DNA from: a virus
IMG/VR virus record: IMGVR_UViG_3300045996_001458
Span: 1 to 64,000 of that record
DNA: 64,000 nt
Reading direction: 5' to 3' (one strand)
Shown in pieces: positions 60,201 through 64,000 of the stretch. Within the stretch, counting starts at the first letter, position 1. Each line of letters begins with the position of its first letter. Position numbers and translations under genes: made by a program. The notes under the pieces were generated by a model. It was not told the origin of the DNA. It ran no database searches and saw nothing but the letters and a program-made list of their open reading frames with translations.

Positions 60201-60643
60201 GATCTGCCCGCCTTGTCGATCTCCTTCAGGTCGACGGTGATCTCCCAGACCCGCCAGACGGCCGCCGTCCACACGCCGCCGACGACGAGCACGAACGACA
60301 ACGCCCGCGGCCCGGCGGCGGCCAACGTCCACAGGGAGTAGGCGAAGCACAGTCCGCCCAGCAGGGTCAGCCCGGCGCGCTCGATCTCCAGGCCGCGCAG
60401 GTTCTGCCGGAACCGCACCATGGCCACGCCGAACAAGGCCAGCGCGCACCCGGCGGTGAGACACCCGAAGAACAGGTAGATCCCCCACGCCGGGATGATG
60501 CGCGCGCTGCTGCCCGACACCTTGGCCAATGCGAGGAGCGACACCGCGCCCCAGGTCATGAGCAGGGCGGTGAGGCACACCTCGAACGGCTGGTCTCCCG
60601 TCCTCACCGGAACGGGCACTTGTCCTTCTCGGATCACTATCAC
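60197..60643 (-). CDS. four-TM membrane protein (lysis-associated)
   Basis: Hydrophobic segments; PFE and GL.IERAG motifs. Confidence 0.7.
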   Translation of the reverse strand: MIVIREGQVPVPVRTGDQPFEVCLTALLMTWGAVSLLALAKVSGSSARIIPAWGIYLFFGCLTAGCALALFGVAMVRFRQNLRGLEIERAGLTLLGGLCFAYSLWTLAAAGPRALSFVLVVGGVWTAAVWRVWEITVDLKEIDKAGRS

Positions 60644-60709
60644 TGTCTCCGTACCCCCCGACAGGGCCGATGGAAAGACGAAAGGGTTGTGGCGTACGGA
60701 GACGCCGGG

Positions 60710-62440
60710 TCAGAGCGAGGTACGGCCGGAGCCGTCCAGGTGGTAGCGACGGGCGAGAGTCGCGACGGCCGACGACATCTCCGCCTGGGTGAGCGCCCGG
60801 TCGTAGACGACGACCTCCAGGTACTGGGCGTCGGCGTAAGCCCCGGTGCCGCCGGAATTCGCGCCGAGCGTGAAACCCGCCAGGCCGTAGGCACTTCCGT
60901 TGACGAGCGGCACGGACGCCGGGTCGAGACCGTGGGTGTAGACCATGGTGCCGGGTCCGTCGTAGACGACTCCGTACACCTGCCACGCCTGGTTCCCGGC
61001 GTACGTCCACTGGGAGGCCGGGGCGGACAGGCCTCCCGCGCTGGGCGCGACGACGTTGTCCACCGGCAGTTGCAGGGACGCGTACACCCCGGCGCGACCT
61101 GACCACAGATGGCCGGTGCTCGTGGTAGTGGCGGTGCCGCACCGCGCTACGGCGAGCACCGTGAGCGGACCCGTGTAGGTCGTCGACCACGCCGAGGTCT
61201 GAAGTGGCCTCCCGCCCGTGACGTCCACCGCCTGGTGGGTGGTGTGGGCGTTGTGCCGCAGCACCGGGGCTGTGCCGGTGGGCAGCAGGGGTGACGTCTC
61301 CGTGCCGGTGTACGGCGCCCACGACGTGACCGCCGAACCGTCCGTTCCGGTGAGGTCGCTCGCCCGCCATGCGGCCAACACACCCGGCAGTGGGACCGGG
61401 TCGGCTTCGGGCAGCGGAGCGGAGGTGACCGGTGGGGCTTGCGGGGCGAGGATCGCGTCACCGATCAGGTCGGCCAGCAACGCGGACCCCCGGTCGGTGA
61501 GGTGGACGCCGTCCGGGCCGATGAGCCGGTCCACGTCGGACGCCCGGTCGATCGGGAACGCCCCGGACGCGTCGAGGAACTGCGTGTCGGGGAGTTCGTC
61601 GGCGAGTTCCGCCAGCGCGGCGCCGAACTCCGCCCACGTGGACTGCGGTGTGGTGACGTCGAACCGCCGGTGCTGGTGGACGAGCAGGATGCTCGGCGGC
61701 TCCGGGCACGCGGCACGCACCATCTTCAGCGCCTTGCGGGTAGAGGCCTTGAACGAGACCGCCGACGAGGTGCCGTTGTAGTCGGCCCAGTCGTTGGAGC
61801 CGACCATCCAGATCAGCAGCGACGGAGACAGTGAAGCTACGGCCCGGTTGTGGGTGCGGCTCGGCTGGACGGCCTGGGCGTACAACTGCGCCGCGGTGCC
61901 GCCGTGGCCGGCGTTGACGATCCGCACTCCCCCGACCTCGGCCTGCACCCCGCCGATGGTCGTCGTGGCGTGCGCGGTGATGGTCACCGTGTGCTGCCCG
62001 TACCCCAGGTTGGGTGAGGTCCACACCCCGTCGTAGCGTTCGGACGATCCCGTCGTGCTCGGGGCCACCGGGTGGTGGACACCGTCGATCGTCACCGTGA
62101 ACGTCCCGGCCGCCATCGGACCCTGCTTGTGCTGCACGCTGACCCGCTCGCACGTCATGGTGCGGGACATGGAGGCGTTCGCTTCGAGGCGGCGGGTGAA
62201 ACGGGACAGGCCCGCGTTGACCACCGCCGTGGTGCCGGTGGTTGCCCATCCGGGGTGGTCGGCGAGATAGCTCGCGCCACCACCGAAACGGGCGGCCAGC
62301 ATGGACGCCACGGTGGTCTCCACGGCCGTCGTGTGGCCCGCGCTGTAGTGCCCGTGGATGTTGCTGGAGCCGATCATCACTGCGGTGACCGGCTGGTGCG
62401 CCCGCCACGAGTAGGCGGTACGCCACGACCACAAGCCCAT
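60710..62440 (-). CDS. SGNH/GDSL hydrolase with C-terminal LamG-like domain (tail-associated)
   Basis: IGSSN, NAGHGG, GSND, DGVH; EVVVYDRALT. Confidence 0.8.
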   Translation of the reverse strand: MGLWSWRTAYSWRAHQPVTAVMIGSSNIHGHYSAGHTTAVETTVASMLAARFGGGASYLADHPGWATTGTTAVVNAGLSRFTRRLEANASMSRTMTCERVSVQHKQGPMAAGTFTVTIDGVHHPVAPSTTGSSERYDGVWTSPNLGYGQHTVTITAHATTTIGGVQAEVGGVRIVNAGHGGTAAQLYAQAVQPSRTHNRAVASLSPSLLIWMVGSNDWADYNGTSSAVSFKASTRKALKMVRAACPEPPSILLVHQHRRFDVTTPQSTWAEFGAALAELADELPDTQFLDASGAFPIDRASDVDRLIGPDGVHLTDRGSALLADLIGDAILAPQAPPVTSAPLPEADPVPLPGVLAAWRASDLTGTDGSAVTSWAPYTGTETSPLLPTGTAPVLRHNAHTTHQAVDVTGGRPLQTSAWSTTYTGPLTVLAVARCGTATTTSTGHLWSGRAGVYASLQLPVDNVVAPSAGGLSAPASQWTYAGNQAWQVYGVVYDGPGTMVYTHGLDPASVPLVNGSAYGLAGFTLGANSGGTGAYADAQYLEVVVYDRALTQAEMSSAVATLARRYHLDGSGRTSL

Positions 62441-62452
62441 CGGTGTCCTTCG

Positions 62453-63043
62453 TCAGAGGTTGGTGCCGCCGGTCGCTCCGGTGTCGACACCCTGGTCGAT
62501 CACCATCAACTCGGTGCGGCGCACGGAGTCCGTGAACAGGCTCGCGGTTCCGGTACCGGTTTCGCGGGCCACGCAGAGGATCAGCGAGATGGTGAGGTTG
62601 GATCCGGGCACGAACACGGTGTCGATGTGGCTGGTGTTGCCCCAGCCCTCGTAGACCTGGGCGCCGGGCATCACCGTGGACGAGGTGGTGGCGATCCCTG
62701 CCGTGTTGTAGCGGATCTCGATCCGGATGGTGTCGGTGTTGACGGTCGAGGTGGGGTGCACGGTGCCGGTGGTGATCCGGTAGTTGCGGCCTGCCACGAG
62801 GGGGATGTCGTCGAGCCGGATCACACCCACCGCGGTCGTGCTGGTGGAGCCGGTCGACGGGGTGGTGCGTCGGTGTCGCTTGATGATGCCGCGCGCGGAC
62901 ACCGATTCGAGCGAGTCGATCCGGTCGTCCAGACTGTCGACCGTGAGATCGGCCGCGTCGGCGAGGGCTTTGATGTCGATCGGTACGTTGGGTGCGGCCG
63001 TCCCGGCCGGGTAGGGCCACGAGTAGTTCGCGGTTACGCCCAT
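62453..63043 (-). CDS. minor tail protein
   Basis: T.NY.WPYP...PNVP.DI.ALA...D N-terminus. Confidence 0.7.
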   Translation of the reverse strand: MGVTANYSWPYPAGTAAPNVPIDIKALADAADLTVDSLDDRIDSLESVSARGIIKRHRRTTPSTGSTSTTAVGVIRLDDIPLVAGRNYRITTGTVHPTSTVNTDTIRIEIRYNTAGIATTSSTVMPGAQVYEGWGNTSHIDTVFVPGSNLTISLILCVARETGTGTASLFTDSVRRTELMVIDQGVDTGATGGTNL

Positions 63044-63044
63044 G

Positions 63045-63983
63045 TCACCTCCTCCAGTCGATGCGGATCGCGCCGGCCATGCCGCTTTTGCTCAGCCCGT
63101 ACATGCGCATGTAGGGGGCGCCCTTGATGCCGATGGAGCCGCCGGAGTCCACAAGGGCCTGGCCCAGTGAGGCGGGGAGCCCGAACCAGCCCTCTTGGCC
63201 GACCGACAACGCAACGTCGGCGTAGTGGGCACCCCAGGTGAGCGCTCCGCCCGGTTGCCAGTTGTCGGCGACCCAGTAGGCGTGCATGTTCTGCGCCGCG
63301 TACACCCCGCCCGACGTTCGGCCCAGCCAGATGGACAGTCCGGTGACGGTGACGCCGGCGAGGGTTCCTCTCGGCTGTCCGCCGTAGAACCAGGCTCCCT
63401 CGTTGGCGGTCCCGTACGTGCCTTGGATGACGTCGCCGTTGTCGTCGGTGCGCCACCCGGACCGGTAGGTTCCGACGTCCACTGCCTGGAAGGTGTGGTT
63501 GCCTGTGATCGGCGCCGTCGGAGGCGGTGGCGGTGGCGGGACGGCGACCGGCGGCGGGAGTGTGGTGCCGATAGTGTCGAGCACCAGCCCGGAGTAGATG
63601 CCGCCGCGCCAGTCGACAGCGACCTGATCCCCCACGACCGGCGTGTAGTTGCCGAGGAACGGGAGCTCCACCGTGGAGTAGCCGGGGACCGTGACCTCGA
63701 TGACGGTGGGGATGAGACCGGGAACCTTGGTGACCGTGCAGACCCGAGGCAGTGGGCCGGTCACCGGTCCGACGACGTCGAGCCGCGCTCCTTGGCGGAG
63801 CACGAGCACCGGGTCTCCGGCGATCGGGATGTACCCGGCGCAGGAGAGGAGCTTGCCCGCGTGTAGGTGACCGCCGAGGTAGATGTCCACTGTGGTGGCG
63901 TTGACCGTTGCGATGGAGCCGGTGAGGACTTCGACGCCCGATCCGACCCGTCCGGCGATCTCGTCTGCCAGGGTCACGGTCAC
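63045..63983 (-). CDS. minor tail protein
   Basis: Tandem Y.P..GD.V repeats, Pro linker, G.WFYG domain. Confidence 0.7.
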   Translation of the reverse strand: MTVTLADEIAGRVGSGVEVLTGSIATVNATTVDIYLGGHLHAGKLLSCAGYIPIAGDPVLVLRQGARLDVVGPVTGPLPRVCTVTKVPGLIPTVIEVTVPGYSTVELPFLGNYTPVVGDQVAVDWRGGIYSGLVLDTIGTTLPPPVAVPPPPPPPTAPITGNHTFQAVDVGTYRSGWRTDDNGDVIQGTYGTANEGAWFYGGQPRGTLAGVTVTGLSIWLGRTSGGVYAAQNMHAYWVADNWQPGGALTWGAHYADVALSVGQEGWFGLPASLGQALVDSGGSIGIKGAPYMRMYGLSKSGMAGAIRIDWRR

Positions 63984-64000
63984 CCCCAGACCTGCGAGCC

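Larger units (their letters stand above)
1..64000. mobile_element. Temperate actinobacteriophage genome segment (attP form)
   Basis: Integrase, repressor, Xis, antirepressor, replication, lysis and tail modules; phage genes on both sides of the att core; no host housekeeping genes. Confidence 0.93.

Overview
The window is part of the genome of a high-GC temperate actinobacteriophage; the XRE-DUF5753/DUF397 cassette and its neighbouring genes suggest a filamentous actinomycete host, possibly Pseudonocardiaceae (inference). Phage genes flank an intact attP (3' half of tRNA-Asn(GTT), 51142-51189), so this looks like an excised or free genome rather than a prophage edge. From the right end come minor tail genes, an SGNH tail protein, a lysis cassette, accessory morons (Bro-N, P63C, HTH, RapZ-CTD, XRE-DUF5753/DUF397), attP, a tyrosine integrase and the repressor. 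A ~48-kb leftward early/middle operon follows: Xis/Cro, antirepressor, C5 methyltransferase, ASCH, DUF1643, WhiB, SLOG, HNHs, replication initiator, DnaC-like loader, SSB, RuvC-like resolvase, MazG, five DUF6221-like genes, a putative late regulator, a tailspike-like protein and tRNAs. The top finding is a nuclease-less IS110/Nop-domain protein (TasA-like, 46027-46920) preceded by a 5-unit stem-loop array with paired 9-nt spacers (TIGR-like). Two further complete guide units are embedded in frame inside its own coding sequence. Other highlights are a ~730-nt densely structured non-coding region around tRNA-fMet, a tRNA-Glu-like RNA with a hairpin replacing the anticodon loop, a leader hairpin antisense to the DUF5753/DUF397 junction, and an overprinted LLPTP-repeat ORF inside the methyltransferase. 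All calls come from reading the sequence by eye; no database search was run.
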